A stretch of DNA of 64,000 nucleotides from an uncultured Verrucomicrobiae bacterium (GTDB lineage Bacteria; Verrucomicrobiota; Verrucomicrobiia; Chthoniobacterales; Chthoniobacteraceae). This document shows, piece by piece, positions 51,560 to 61,090 of the stretch; the stretch's first letter is position 1, and each line of letters opens with the position of its first letter. Location: contig CAWIKF010000001.1 in assembly GCA_963836755.1 (NCBI GenBank), positions 256,001 through 320,000 on the forward strand, in the 5' to 3' direction. The notes under the pieces are model-generated. The model worked only from the letters and a program-made list of their open reading frames with translations. It was not told the DNA's origin and made no database searches. The position numbers and the translations under genes were made by a program.

Positions 51560-52447
51560 TTACTTTGAAAGCACTCCAATCTTCAGAAACCATTCTTCAG
51601 CTTGCTGCGGCCAGATGCGCGCTTCCTTCTTGCAACGCATCCCATAGCCATGGCCGCCAGTATTGTAGAAGAGAAACGTGTTGTTGATCTTTGCGGCGTC
51701 CAGTGCCGCGTGATAGAGCTTGCTGCCGGGGACGTAGCCTTTGTCGTCTTCGTTATGCACGATGAGAGTAGGAGGTATCTGAGACTTAAGGTTCAACTCT
51801 GGCGCGACTTTTCCATTCACCGCGAGGTAGGCGGGATAGACTAGAACGGCGAAGTCCGGTCTGCAGCTTAGCTTGTCCGCGGCATCGATCTCCGAATAGG
51901 ACTTCTCGTCAAAGCCGGTGCTCAACCGCGCCGCGAGATGTCCTCCCGCGGAAAATCCCATCACTCCCAGCCGCTTCGGATCGATGCCCCAATCCGTCGC
52001 GTGAGAGCGAACGACACGCAGCGCGCGCTCGACGTCTTGAAAGGCTCCTTCGCGATTTGCCGGCACGCGATACTTCAACACGATGGCGGTGAAGCCGATG
52101 GAGTTCAGCCATGCCGCGACTTCCGTTCCTTCCAGGTTGTAGGCGAGAAGCTTGTAAGCCCCGCCGGGACATACGACGATCGCTGGGCGCGGTCGCGATT
52201 GCGCGGGCGCCTTGAAGAGCGCGAGCGTTGGACGGCTTACATTGATGATGCGATGCACCTCGTCGCCAGTCTGCGGCATTTCCGACTCAGGTGCATCGGC
52301 CGCTTTTCCTGGCATTTTTCCATCTGGCCACACATCCACGGTGAGGTCCGGTGCGCGAGCGGGAATGGTTTCAGCGGACATGGTTGAAAGGAGACCTAGC
52401 AGCAGAACGGCGACTACCCAATGCGTTTTCATTAACTTTGACCGCAT
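51560..52447 (-). CDS. Secreted alpha/beta hydrolase (carbohydrate esterase-like)
   Basis: CPGGAY, GFSAGGHL, RPDFAVLVYP and GGHGYG. Confidence 0.88.
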   Translation of the reverse strand: MRSKLMKTHWVVAVLLLGLLSTMSAETIPARAPDLTVDVWPDGKMPGKAADAPESEMPQTGDEVHRIINVSRPTLALFKAPAQSRPRPAIVVCPGGAYKLLAYNLEGTEVAAWLNSIGFTAIVLKYRVPANREGAFQDVERALRVVRSHATDWGIDPKRLGVMGFSAGGHLAARLSTGFDEKSYSEIDAADKLSCRPDFAVLVYPAYLAVNGKVAPELNLKSQIPPTLIVHNEDDKGYVPGSKLYHAALDAAKINNTFLFYNTGGHGYGMRCKKEARIWPQQAEEWFLKIGVLSK

Positions 52448-53338
52448 CTACTTGGAGGTTTGAATGGTATGGCTGACGATGAAATCGACCACCGGAGTAG
52501 GATCGTCGAGGCCGTGCGGATGATGGCCGACGCCGGGCTTGTGAATGACTTTCATCTCACCGCCTAGTTCATGATAGCGGCTCTCGACGATGGCGGTATT
52601 TTCCGCGACCGGCACCGTCCTATCGACATCGCCGACGACATGGATGATCGCCACGCCGGCCTTTGCCAACGGCGCGAGGATTTCCGTCGGATTACCCTTG
52701 TAGGCCATCGCCTCGGCTTCATCCTTGAAATGGTAACACTTCTGCAGCAAGGCCCAGTCACTCGCGCTCCCTTCACCGTGGCCTTTGCCGCCGGGCCAGC
52801 TCTTGATATCGCACACCGGCGCGTCGCCATAGATGACCGAAACTTTTTCCGGATGCTCCGCGGCCCAATGGTAGGCGTAAAGTCCGCCGCGACTAACCCC
52901 GGTCAACGCAACTTTTTCCGCGAAACCTTTCGCGCGCAGCGCCTCATAGAACGCATCGAGATGCTTCACCGCATCGGGCGAGCCGAAGGTGTTACCGACA
53001 CTGATGTGAGCGTAGTAAAAACCCTTCGCCAGCAACTGCGGGCCGCCGCAACGCTGCACAAACGCATCGGGAAATTCCATGTTCCAGACCCACCGTTTGC
53101 CCGGCAGCGGCTCTTTCGGTTCCACCACCCACGCCTTGCAGCCATCCACGGTGAAAGTGTGACGCGTGAATCCGTTCCAAATATCTAATTTCTCGTCGGG
53201 CCATGACAGCGGCTCTGCGCGGAGCGAGGAACTGCCGGCCAAAAGAATCGCGGCGAAAGTGCCGACAATATGCATCGGCCGGAACTTTTTACGCAGTGGG
53301 AGGAAAACTTTGCGGGGCTCGGGAGGGAGAGTTGTCAT
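52448..53338 (-). CDS. Alpha/beta hydrolase family protein
   Basis: GVSRGG nucleophile elbow, GDAPVCDIKSWPGG, GDVD and HHPHGL. The start is uncertain. Confidence 0.8.
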   Translation of the reverse strand: MTTLPPEPRKVFLPLRKKFRPMHIVGTFAAILLAGSSSLRAEPLSWPDEKLDIWNGFTRHTFTVDGCKAWVVEPKEPLPGKRWVWNMEFPDAFVQRCGGPQLLAKGFYYAHISVGNTFGSPDAVKHLDAFYEALRAKGFAEKVALTGVSRGGLYAYHWAAEHPEKVSVIYGDAPVCDIKSWPGGKGHGEGSASDWALLQKCYHFKDEAEAMAYKGNPTEILAPLAKAGVAIIHVVGDVDRTVPVAENTAIVESRYHELGGEMKVIHKPGVGHHPHGLDDPTPVVDFIVSHTIQTSK

Positions 53339-53432
53339 GGTGGTAAGACTCAATGGCAGGCGAAGATGGGCGGCAAGGATAAAGCGCTGACAGTCTGACA
53401 AATTTAGCGTTCAATACTTCTATGTTATTCCG

Positions 53433-54933
53433 CTAGGTGCCCGGCGCTTTGGTCTTCGTGGACGTTGGGATATTCCAAGGGACCGCATCGGTGCGAAATG
53501 GCACTGCGGGCAGACCTTCTTTATTCGCAAGGTTCGGCGTCGCCAACTCATCCCATGCGAAGCGCACAGTCGTTGGCATTGCAACTTCGGGACTGCTGAC
53601 CACCACATGATCTCCTTCTATCTTCGCTGTGGCCGGAAAGAATTTCCCATCCTTTCCCGCGATGGTGAAGTAGCTAAGTGGTTTGCCATCCTTGCTCATC
53701 AAACCATCCGCATAGTCAAAGGTTAGGTCTGCCTGGTTACCGTGCACTTCCATCTTTTTAAACATAGGGCCGGAATAGACTACATCCTTGCGGCCATAAG
53801 TCTTCGCCAGCGCCCATAGAGCCAGCCGCTCGCCGACGCTTTTCTTATCATGCGGATGATGGTTGTGGACATCGTCAGTGATGTCGGTAGTCACGATCAT
53901 CCCCGTGTGCGGAATCTTCAGCGCATCGGTTTGCTGTTCCCAGAATACGGCGAGCCGATCCGGGGAATCGGCATCCTTTGGGCCGGGCCGGCCATTGCCG
54001 AAGTAGGTGAAAGGCGCGATCTGCACATAGTAGAACGGAAAATCTTCATGCCATGCGTTGCGCCAGCCCTGGATGAGCGCATACATCTTGTCGGCATAGC
54101 GATTCACCTCGCTGAGCTTGCCGACATTCGACTCGCCTTGATACCAAAGCACGCCTCGGATCGCGTAAGGAATCAGCGGCCCGATCATGCTGTTATACAT
54201 CATCGATAATTGCGGGGTTCCCTTGACCCACGGCTTCTTTGCGAGTTCCACATCATCGGCGAGCGAAGGAGCGAGACTTAGCGCTTCCTTCGGAATCCAG
54301 GGCTCGATCGGCGATCCCCCAAACGACGACTCGATCAAACCGACCGGCACTTTCAATTCCTGATGAATCTTGCGACCAAAGAAATAGGCCGCTGCGGAAA
54401 AGTGCATCGAGGCGAGCGTCTCCGGACTGCACGGCGCCCATGCGATATCGGCGTCAGCGAGGACCACAGGCTTCCGATTTCGCGCGACATTCAAGATCCG
54501 GATTTGCGGATAATTCGCCGCTTTCAACTCCTCCGGATAGTCGCTTCCTGGGTTTGGTCCTTTCGAGGTGGCCAGTGGTTTTTCCATGTTCGACTGCCCC
54601 GAGCAAACCCAGACTTCGCCGACCAGCACGTTGCTGAATTTGATCGTGTTCGTAGCGCTGACGGTCATCTCGGACGGCGTGTCCGAGGCTTTCAGTGGCT
54701 TTAGCGTGACCCTCCAGTGCCCGTCGTCTCCCGCTTTGGCGCTCTCGGTTTGTCCTGCGAAAGTAACAGTGACTTTTTCATTGGGTGCCGCCGTTCCCCA
54801 GACGGGCACGGGCATCTCCCGCTGCAGCACCATGTTATCGCCGAAAATATGCGGCAGCGAAACGTCGGCGTGCAGCGAGCAGGGGACGATCAGGAGAAGG
54901 GCGAGCAGCGCGCAGTCGGAGAGATTTCTTCAT
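53433..54933 (-). CDS. Second sialate O-acetylesterase family protein; +1 frameshift in the signal peptide near 54915
   Basis: GEVWVCSGQSNM, WYQGESN and HPHDKKSVGERLA. ATG 54933 (MKKSL) is one base out of frame with CALLALLLIVPCSLHADVSLPHIFGDNMVLQ. Confidence 0.88.
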
Positions 54934-54996
54934 AAAGGGGAACGAACAACGGGGAGTTTTGCAGGTTTCGTCCGCGATTCCAGAGTAAAAGCGTCG

Positions 54997-55308
54997 CTGC
55001 AAAGCCATTCCGCGCCTCGGCAGAACGATTCTACGCAGCGGCAGAACCGTTCGGCGCACGGGCAGAATGATTCTGCCGCCCGGCAGAATGGTTCTACGCC
55101 CCGGCGGAATGGTTCTGCCCGCCGGCAGAGGCCTCGGCGCACCGGCAGAATGATTCTGCGCACCGGCGGAACGGTTCTGCCGGTCGGCAGCGGGCTCGGC
55201 GCACCGGCGGAATGGTTCTGCCGGTCGGCAGAGGGCTCGGCGCGTCGGCAGAATGGTTCTGCGCGCTCGCGGAATGGTTCCGCACGGCTGCAGAACGTTG
55301 CTGCCACT
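54997..55308. repeat. Degenerate 21-bp tandem array 3 (about 15 units; consensus CGGCAGAATGGTTCTGCNCNC)
   Basis: Units at 55018, 55039, 55060, 55081, 55102, 55123 (20 nt), 55143, 55164, 55185 (20 nt), 55205, 55226 (20 nt), 55246, 55267 and 55288. Confidence 0.95.
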
Positions 55309-55396
55309 CTGTAAAAGCCCGCAACCGGCTAAAATCAGCCCTCAACCGTGCCTCAACCGCATCCGTTTCCCTTTTGACACAGCCGCGCGCGCCAGC

Positions 55397-56029
55397 TCAG
55401 GCGCGGTCGCCTTTCGCCGTGAGGCGCATGACCAAAATGTAGAGCGCGGTGAAAGCCGCCGCGCCAATCACGATCCAGAGCGATTGGTGCTTGATGAAGT
55501 GGACGAGCGCATCGGGGTTTTGGATCAGGTCGGGCTGCACGCGATACGCCTGCTCGCCGAGCTTCGCCAGCACGAAGCACCAGAGCGCGGAGCCGAGCAC
55601 CGTCATCAGGCTGAAGACGCCGAACGGCATCCGGATGATGCCCGCCGGGATCGAGATGAGATGGCGGATGACCGGCAGGAGGCGTGCGAAAAAGATGCCG
55701 CCGGCTTCGTAGCGGTGCACCCAATGCTCCGCGCGGGTGAGTTTTTCTTCGCTGACCAAAAAGAGCCGCCCCCATTTAACAATGATCACGCGGCCGACCC
55801 AGCGCGAAATCCAATAGCTGATCGCCGCGCCGAGCCACGAGCCGAACGTGCCGGCGGCGATCACGCCCCAGAGGTTCATCTCGCCCTGCGCCGCCCAGAA
55901 CGCCGCGGGCGCGATGACGATTTCGCTCGGCACGGGAATGACGGAGCTTTCCATGGCCATGAGCGCGATGATGCCGAGGTAGCCGCCGTGCTGGACCCAG
56001 CCGAACCAAATGAGCAAAAGCTGATGCAT
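55397..56029 (-). CDS. DedA family membrane protein
   Basis: MAMESSVIPVPSE and FARLLPVIRHLISIPAG. Confidence 0.92.
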   Translation of the reverse strand: MHQLLLIWFGWVQHGGYLGIIALMAMESSVIPVPSEIVIAPAAFWAAQGEMNLWGVIAAGTFGSWLGAAISYWISRWVGRVIIVKWGRLFLVSEEKLTRAEHWVHRYEAGGIFFARLLPVIRHLISIPAGIIRMPFGVFSLMTVLGSALWCFVLAKLGEQAYRVQPDLIQNPDALVHFIKHQSLWIVIGAAAFTALYILVMRLTAKGDRA

Positions 56030-56095
56030 CGCGCTTGTGTAGCAGCGCGAGTTGCCTTTGCCAGATTTTTAAAAAGATGCGCGACTGCGCTGCGG

Positions 56096-56455
56096 CTATC
56101 TGCGCGCCATTTTCACGCCAAAGACAAACCCGCAAAATGCCGCGCACAGCCCGAACGCGAAATAGTTTTCCCGGGCGATTGGCGAGAAAATCAGGATGAA
56201 GCCGTGGCCTTTCATCAAGGACGAAAAACTCGAGACGCAAAACGGGATGAGAAACAGCCGAAACATCGGCCATCCGAATGTTTTCGGGCTCGCCGTGCTG
56301 ATCATCAGCGCGACGCCGACGATGATCGCGATGCCGAACGAGGTGAGCCAGAGATTGCGGTTCGCGTCAAAGTAGCGCGCGGCGAAAAAAAGATACCAGA
56401 TGAAGTAGCACCAGAGGACGGTGCGCACCGCGTTGAGGTTGGCAAAATACTTCAT
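56096..56455 (-). CDS. Hypothetical membrane protein
   Basis: Hydrophobic ORF with about 4 TM segments, co-directional with dedA. Confidence 0.65.
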   Translation of the reverse strand: MKYFANLNAVRTVLWCYFIWYLFFAARYFDANRNLWLTSFGIAIIVGVALMISTASPKTFGWPMFRLFLIPFCVSSFSSLMKGHGFILIFSPIARENYFAFGLCAAFCGFVFGVKMARR

Positions 56456-56498
56456 CCCCAAATCGTGTAACGGCGCGGCATGCCGGCCGTCAATCGAC

Positions 56499-56621
56499 TT
56501 AGAGCGCCAGCCAGCGAATCGCGAGGAGAATCAAAAAGGCGCCGACGATGAGTTCCACGACGGTGGAAAATTCGCTGCAGCCATGATCGAACTTTTTAAG
56601 GACGGTCTGAAGGGTCTTCAT
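56499..56621 (-). CDS. Putative 40-aa single-TM microprotein
   Basis: MKTLQTVLKKFDHGCSEFSTVVELIVGAFLILLAIRWLAL* fills the gap between co-directional genes. Confidence 0.45.
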   Translation of the reverse strand: MKTLQTVLKKFDHGCSEFSTVVELIVGAFLILLAIRWLAL

Positions 56622-56660
56622 GCACCTGATGTTTTAAGCATCAGGCGTGCCCTTCGCTGA

Positions 56661-56957
56661 TCAGTAAATATCGAGATTTTCCGAGAGCCCGGAATCTTCG
56701 CGAATCGATTCCAGCCGCCGCCGCATGCCGCGCGCGGATTCGGGACGGTTGATTCGTTTCGCAAAAAAATCGACGACGACCGGCAGCGTGGAAAGCAGGC
56801 CCGCGGAGAGCATCGCGATGGCGGTGTTGCGCTTCACCTTCGCGCCCATCTTGGCGGAAAGGAGAAGGCCGATGCCGCAGCCGACCGCGGTTTGGGTGAC
56901 GGCGACGATACTAGTGACAGGAAGATTGTCGATCAGGCGATGGCGTTGCAGCTGCAT
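56661..56957 (-). CDS. Hypothetical small membrane protein
   Basis: ATG 56957 (MQLQRHRL), two hydrophobic segments and a RRRLESIREDSG C-terminus. Confidence 0.65.
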   Translation of the reverse strand: MQLQRHRLIDNLPVTSIVAVTQTAVGCGIGLLLSAKMGAKVKRNTAIAMLSAGLLSTLPVVVDFFAKRINRPESARGMRRRLESIREDSGLSENLDIY

Positions 56958-57047
56958 AAACAAAAGGTTTTTAGGTCTGTTTGAAAATAAACTCGAATCG
57001 TCTGAGCCGTATCTATTTAGTAGCACACCCTTGTTCAAGCAAGTTCC

Positions 57048-58124
57048 GTGACACCTTCGCTTTATGTTCTCATTTTGGCCGGCGGCAGCGGCGAACGCTT
57101 CTGGCCATTGAGCCGGCGCGCGCGGCCGAAGCAGCTGCTCGCACTTTTTTCGGAAACGACGCTGCTCGAGGCGACACTCGCGCGACTCAATGGGCTTGTG
57201 CCGCGCGAGAACATTTTGATCCTCACGAACCGCGACCAGGAAAATGCGGTGCGCGAACTGATTCACGATCTGCCTGCGGAAAACATTGTCGCCGAACCCG
57301 CGAAACGCGACACCGCCGCCGCGATCGCGCTCGGCGTCGCGTGGGTCTCACTCCGCGATCCGCAAGCCACGATGATCGTGTTGCCGGCCGATCACATGAT
57401 CAAAGACACGGCGGCATTTCAAAAAACTTTGCGCACCGCCGCCGAAGCGGCCTCGGAGACCGGCGAACTCGTAACCGTCGGCATTCAGCCGACGTGGGCC
57501 TGCCCCGGATTCGGCTACATCGAGCAAGGCGCGAAAATGAAAATCGACGCGCCCGCAGATGCGCCCGACCTTTTTGAAGTGACGAGCTTTCGCGAAAAAC
57601 CGGGCACGGAAATCGCGGAAAAGTTTTTGCGCCAGGGAAATTTTCGCTGGAACGCTGGCATGTTCATCTGGACGCTGGGCTCCATTCTAAGCGCGTTCCA
57701 GCGCCACGCGCCCGAGCTCGCGCAGTTCATCGCGGAGATCAAAGCAGCACAAAACCTCGAGCCGGCGCTCACGGAAAAGTTTGCGGCTCTGCCGAAAATT
57801 TCGATCGATTACGCGATCATGGAAAAGGCCGGGCGCGTCCTGATGGTCGAGGCCGCCTTTGATTGGGACGACGTCGGCGGCTGGACTGCGGTTGCGAAAT
57901 ATTTGCAATCGCATGCGGGCGAAAACATCAGCAATCACGAGGCGCTGACGACGATCGATGCGGAGAGAAACATAGTTTTCACCAGCGGGAAAAAACAGGT
58001 CGCGCTGCTCGGCGTTCAGGATTTGATCGTCGTTCAGACCGACGACGCGCTGCTCGTTTGTCATCGCGACGAAGCGGAGAAAATCAAAAACCTCGTTGCG
58101 AAAATCCCGCCGGAACTACAATGA
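57048..58124 (+). CDS. manC: Mannose-1-phosphate guanylyltransferase
   Basis: ILAGGSGERFWPLSR...PKQ, EPAKRDTA, FREKP, WNAGMF and SIDYAIME. Confidence 0.95.
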   Translation: MTPSLYVLILAGGSGERFWPLSRRARPKQLLALFSETTLLEATLARLNGLVPRENILILTNRDQENAVRELIHDLPAENIVAEPAKRDTAAAIALGVAWVSLRDPQATMIVLPADHMIKDTAAFQKTLRTAAEAASETGELVTVGIQPTWACPGFGYIEQGAKMKIDAPADAPDLFEVTSFREKPGTEIAEKFLRQGNFRWNAGMFIWTLGSILSAFQRHAPELAQFIAEIKAAQNLEPALTEKFAALPKISIDYAIMEKAGRVLMVEAAFDWDDVGGWTAVAKYLQSHAGENISNHEALTTIDAERNIVFTSGKKQVALLGVQDLIVVQTDDALLVCHRDEAEKIKNLVAKIPPELQ

Positions 58125-58543
58125 ATCGCGCTCTCGGCATTGATCTCGGTGAAGCGCGCATCGGCCTCGCCATTTCGGATGAACTCGGCATGCTCGCGCA
58201 TCCGCTGGAAACGATTGCGGTCAAAATTGTCGCGGATCCGATCGCACGCATCGCCGAAATTGTGACGCGCGACAAAGTTGGCATGATCGTGCTCGGCATG
58301 CCGCGCAACATGAACGGCACTTACGGTCCAGCCGCCGAAAAAGTGAAAACTTTTGCTCAACAACTAAAGGAGCGGGTCGCGTGCGAAATCAAACTTTGGG
58401 ACGAGCGGCTCACGACCGTCGCGGCTCAAAAGTCGCTGCACGCCGGCGGCAAAAATGCAAAGCAAAGTCGGGCGGTCGTCGATCAAGTCGCGGCGCAATT
58501 GATTTTGCAGGGCTATCTCGACGGCCAGGCGATGCTCGGCTGA
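58121..58543 (+). CDS. ruvX: Holliday junction resolvase RuvX / YqgF
   Basis: LGIDLGEARIGLAISD, WDERLTT and VDQVAAQLILQ. Confidence 0.95.
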   Translation: MNRALGIDLGEARIGLAISDELGMLAHPLETIAVKIVADPIARIAEIVTRDKVGMIVLGMPRNMNGTYGPAAEKVKTFAQQLKERVACEIKLWDERLTTVAAQKSLHAGGKNAKQSRAVVDQVAAQLILQGYLDGQAMLG

Positions 58544-59268
58544 TGCCGCGGTTGAAGCTTGTCATCGCCTACGACGGGCACCCATTCAGCGGCTGGCAGA
58601 GCCAGGCGGGTGGAAACACCGTGCAGGATTTTTTGCAACAAGCGTTCGAGAAAGTTTGTGGCGAAAAACTCGTCGTTCACGGCGCCGGCCGCACGGATGC
58701 TGGCGTGCACGCGCTCGCGCAATGCGCGCACGTGGATGTGCCGCCGCAAAAGATCGACTGGCGCGCCGCGCTCAATGCCCATCTGCCGCGCACGATTCGG
58801 GTGATGCGCTGGGCACAAGCGCGCGTCGATTTTCACGCGCGTTTTTCTGCGACAGGAAAAGTTTACCGATACCGCATCTGCCGCGCGCCAGTGCTTCCGC
58901 CGCTGGAATTGCATCGCGCGTGGCATTTTTCTTCCGAGCTCGATCTCGATGCAATGCAGCACGGCGCAAAACATTTTCTCGGCTCGCATGATTTCGCAGC
59001 CTTCGCAGCGAATCGCGGGAAGCCGGTCAGGAGCACGATCCGCACGATTCACAGTCTTGAAATCCGCAGCCGCGGCACGGAGATCACGCTGACTTTTTCG
59101 GGCGACGGTTTTCTTTATAAGATGGTCCGGCTGATGACCGGCGCACTGGTGCGCGTGGCGCAGCATCGGCACGAGCCGGAGTGGATCACGACGCTTTTGG
59201 CAGGAGAAACAAAGTGCACATTCGCCGCGCCCGCCGACGGCCTTTATCTAGTGCGCGTGCTTTATTGA
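58543..59268 (+). CDS. truA: tRNA pseudouridine(38-40) synthase
   Basis: AYDG..FSGWQ, AGRTDAGVHA, FHARF and GFLYKMVR. Confidence 0.96.
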   Translation: MPRLKLVIAYDGHPFSGWQSQAGGNTVQDFLQQAFEKVCGEKLVVHGAGRTDAGVHALAQCAHVDVPPQKIDWRAALNAHLPRTIRVMRWAQARVDFHARFSATGKVYRYRICRAPVLPPLELHRAWHFSSELDLDAMQHGAKHFLGSHDFAAFAANRGKPVRSTIRTIHSLEIRSRGTEITLTFSGDGFLYKMVRLMTGALVRVAQHRHEPEWITTLLAGETKCTFAAPADGLYLVRVLY

Positions 59269-59810
59269 GCCGCTGGCGAGGCGGAGCTGGTCGCTTCGGG
59301 CGCGCCCGGTTTCCGGATCACGATCGCGTATTTCTCGATCACCGCCTGCGCGCCGGCCAATTGGCAGACATAGCGTAGTGCCTCGGTGAACGGCACATTG
59401 GAAAGGCTCAGCGAGACCGGCTTGTTCATCTCCGCTGCCGGCAGCTGGCTAACGAATGAGACGACGACCTGTTGTTTCGCAGCCTGCTGTTTGAGGAATT
59501 CCAGCGCCGAACTGAGCGACGCATCCTGAAATTTGACCGCAGGCAGAATCAGCGTGCGCAGTTGTTTCTCCTCCTTATTGCCGCGCCCCTGCGCTTCCTG
59601 CGCGAGGATTGTGCGCAGATAATTGCGCGCGACCACATTCGACGGATCCATCTGGAGCACGGTGCTGAATTTCGCTTTCGCCGTCGCGAGATCGCCGGCG
59701 AGATATGCGCGCTGCGCTTCTGAGGAAAGCTGCGACGTGCCTTGTGCGAAACCAGACGATGCAACCGCGAGAAGAAGTGTCGAGAGAGCCGGGAGGGATC
59801 GAAGTTTCAT
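59262..59810 (-). CDS. Secreted protein with a TPR-like helix pair and an STN-like domain
   Basis: Signal peptide, AKAKFSTVLQMDPSN, and ILPAVKFQDASLSSALEFL...VSLSLSNVPFTEALRYV. Confidence 0.65.
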   Translation of the reverse strand: MKLRSLPALSTLLLAVASSGFAQGTSQLSSEAQRAYLAGDLATAKAKFSTVLQMDPSNVVARNYLRTILAQEAQGRGNKEEKQLRTLILPAVKFQDASLSSALEFLKQQAAKQQVVVSFVSQLPAAEMNKPVSLSLSNVPFTEALRYVCQLAGAQAVIEKYAIVIRKPGAPEATSSASPAAQ

Positions 59811-59867
59811 CCTGTCAGCATCGCCGCTGCGGTGTCTTTCGCAACGGCGATGCACAAGTTCAGGACG

Positions 59868-60128
59868 TTAGAAACCGAACGTGAATGCGAACCGCGGCCG
59901 CGAGTAGTGCGGCCGATAGTAATAATGCGGCTCGTAGTAACCCGAATAATATGGCTCGGAGTAAACGACTGCGCGCGGTCGGTAGTAACCATAATATGGC
60001 TCATAATAAACCGCGCTGTCCCTGTCGTAACAATAATGATGCCCATGATGGTCGTAGGCGGAGGCCTTCGGCACCAGCACGGCGCTGAAAGTGATTAGAG
60101 CCCCGATCGCTAAAAAGAGTGTTTTCAT
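59868..60128 (-). CDS. Small secreted Tyr-rich hypothetical protein
   Basis: Signal peptide MKTLFLAIGAL..KASA, YYEP repeats and an FTFGF C-terminus. Confidence 0.7.
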   Translation of the reverse strand: MKTLFLAIGALITFSAVLVPKASAYDHHGHHYCYDRDSAVYYEPYYGYYRPRAVVYSEPYYSGYYEPHYYYRPHYSRPRFAFTFGF

Positions 60129-60170
60129 ATACCTAATTCGACGCAGAGCCGCCCGCTGTATTCATTGGTT

Positions 60171-61019
60171 TCAAAATCCTTCGTGCGGTTTCAATTTTTG
60201 CGCAGAGAGCGTTTCGATTTCTTCGCCGGGTGCAAACGTGCTGCTGATGCGCGCAATTTTTCGCAGGGTCACGCGATCGCCATCAATGTCCACAAACATC
60301 CGGCCGCCGATTGTGGAAAGGTAGCTTCCGGTGTTGACGACGATCCGCGGCCCGCGCCGCCAGACGCCGCAGAGATGCGTGTGCCCCACGATGATGATCC
60401 GCGCGCGGGGCCGAAAAACACGCGCCAGCGCCACGGCCTTTGACGGCATTTCGATCCAACATTTCACGATCTGAAGAGGTCGCCACGGCGGCCAGCATTC
60501 GCGCGCGATCGTGAGCAACGAAGCGAATGGCCCGCGCGGGATCGACGGCTTGTGCAGCTCGAGCGCGAGCGATGCGCGCTTGTTCGCGGAAAGGCGCTGC
60601 TCGAAGTCGTGAAACGCATCCTCCGGCAGCGCCGACAGCTCTTTCACGTGCGCCTCGCGCATGATTTTTGCCTCCGTTCCCCACGGGGCGATGTCGTGAA
60701 AAAGCATGTCGCCGTGCGTGACCAGCACCGCGCCGCCTGCGAGATCGAGATGGCTCTGCGCGGCAATGATCGGGTCGTGATTGCCGTTGAGGAAAACCGC
60801 CTCCGCGCCTTCACCGGCGCACAATTGAGCGATCGCCGAAGCGCCGCGTTTGCCGCGCGCGCGGCCGCGCAGATAACGCATCTCGACGGTGTCGCCATTG
60901 AAAACAACCGTTCGCATTCCGCGAAACAACGGCAGCAGCGACTCAGCGCTCTCGATCAAGCTCGCAGGATGTCCGAAATGCAAATCGGATAAAATGCGGA
61001 TCGGTTCAGCCAGAGACAT
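60171..61019 (-). CDS. Metallophosphoesterase (calcineurin-like)
   Basis: SDLH, NGD, GNHD, THGD, GHTH and NTGS. Confidence 0.88.
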   Translation of the reverse strand: MSLAEPIRILSDLHFGHPASLIESAESLLPLFRGMRTVVFNGDTVEMRYLRGRARGKRGASAIAQLCAGEGAEAVFLNGNHDPIIAAQSHLDLAGGAVLVTHGDMLFHDIAPWGTEAKIMREAHVKELSALPEDAFHDFEQRLSANKRASLALELHKPSIPRGPFASLLTIARECWPPWRPLQIVKCWIEMPSKAVALARVFRPRARIIIVGHTHLCGVWRRGPRIVVNTGSYLSTIGGRMFVDIDGDRVTLRKIARISSTFAPGEEIETLSAQKLKPHEGF

Positions 61020-61090
61020 TTGTTCTTCTCAATGTAACGCGCAGCGCGAAACGGCTGCACGCAATTCGACTCTCGCGGCAGTCGCGAAAA

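Noticed and set aside
17668..55308. CRISPR interpretation of the three arrays
   Set aside because: The units are contiguous with no unique spacers, and no cas genes are present.
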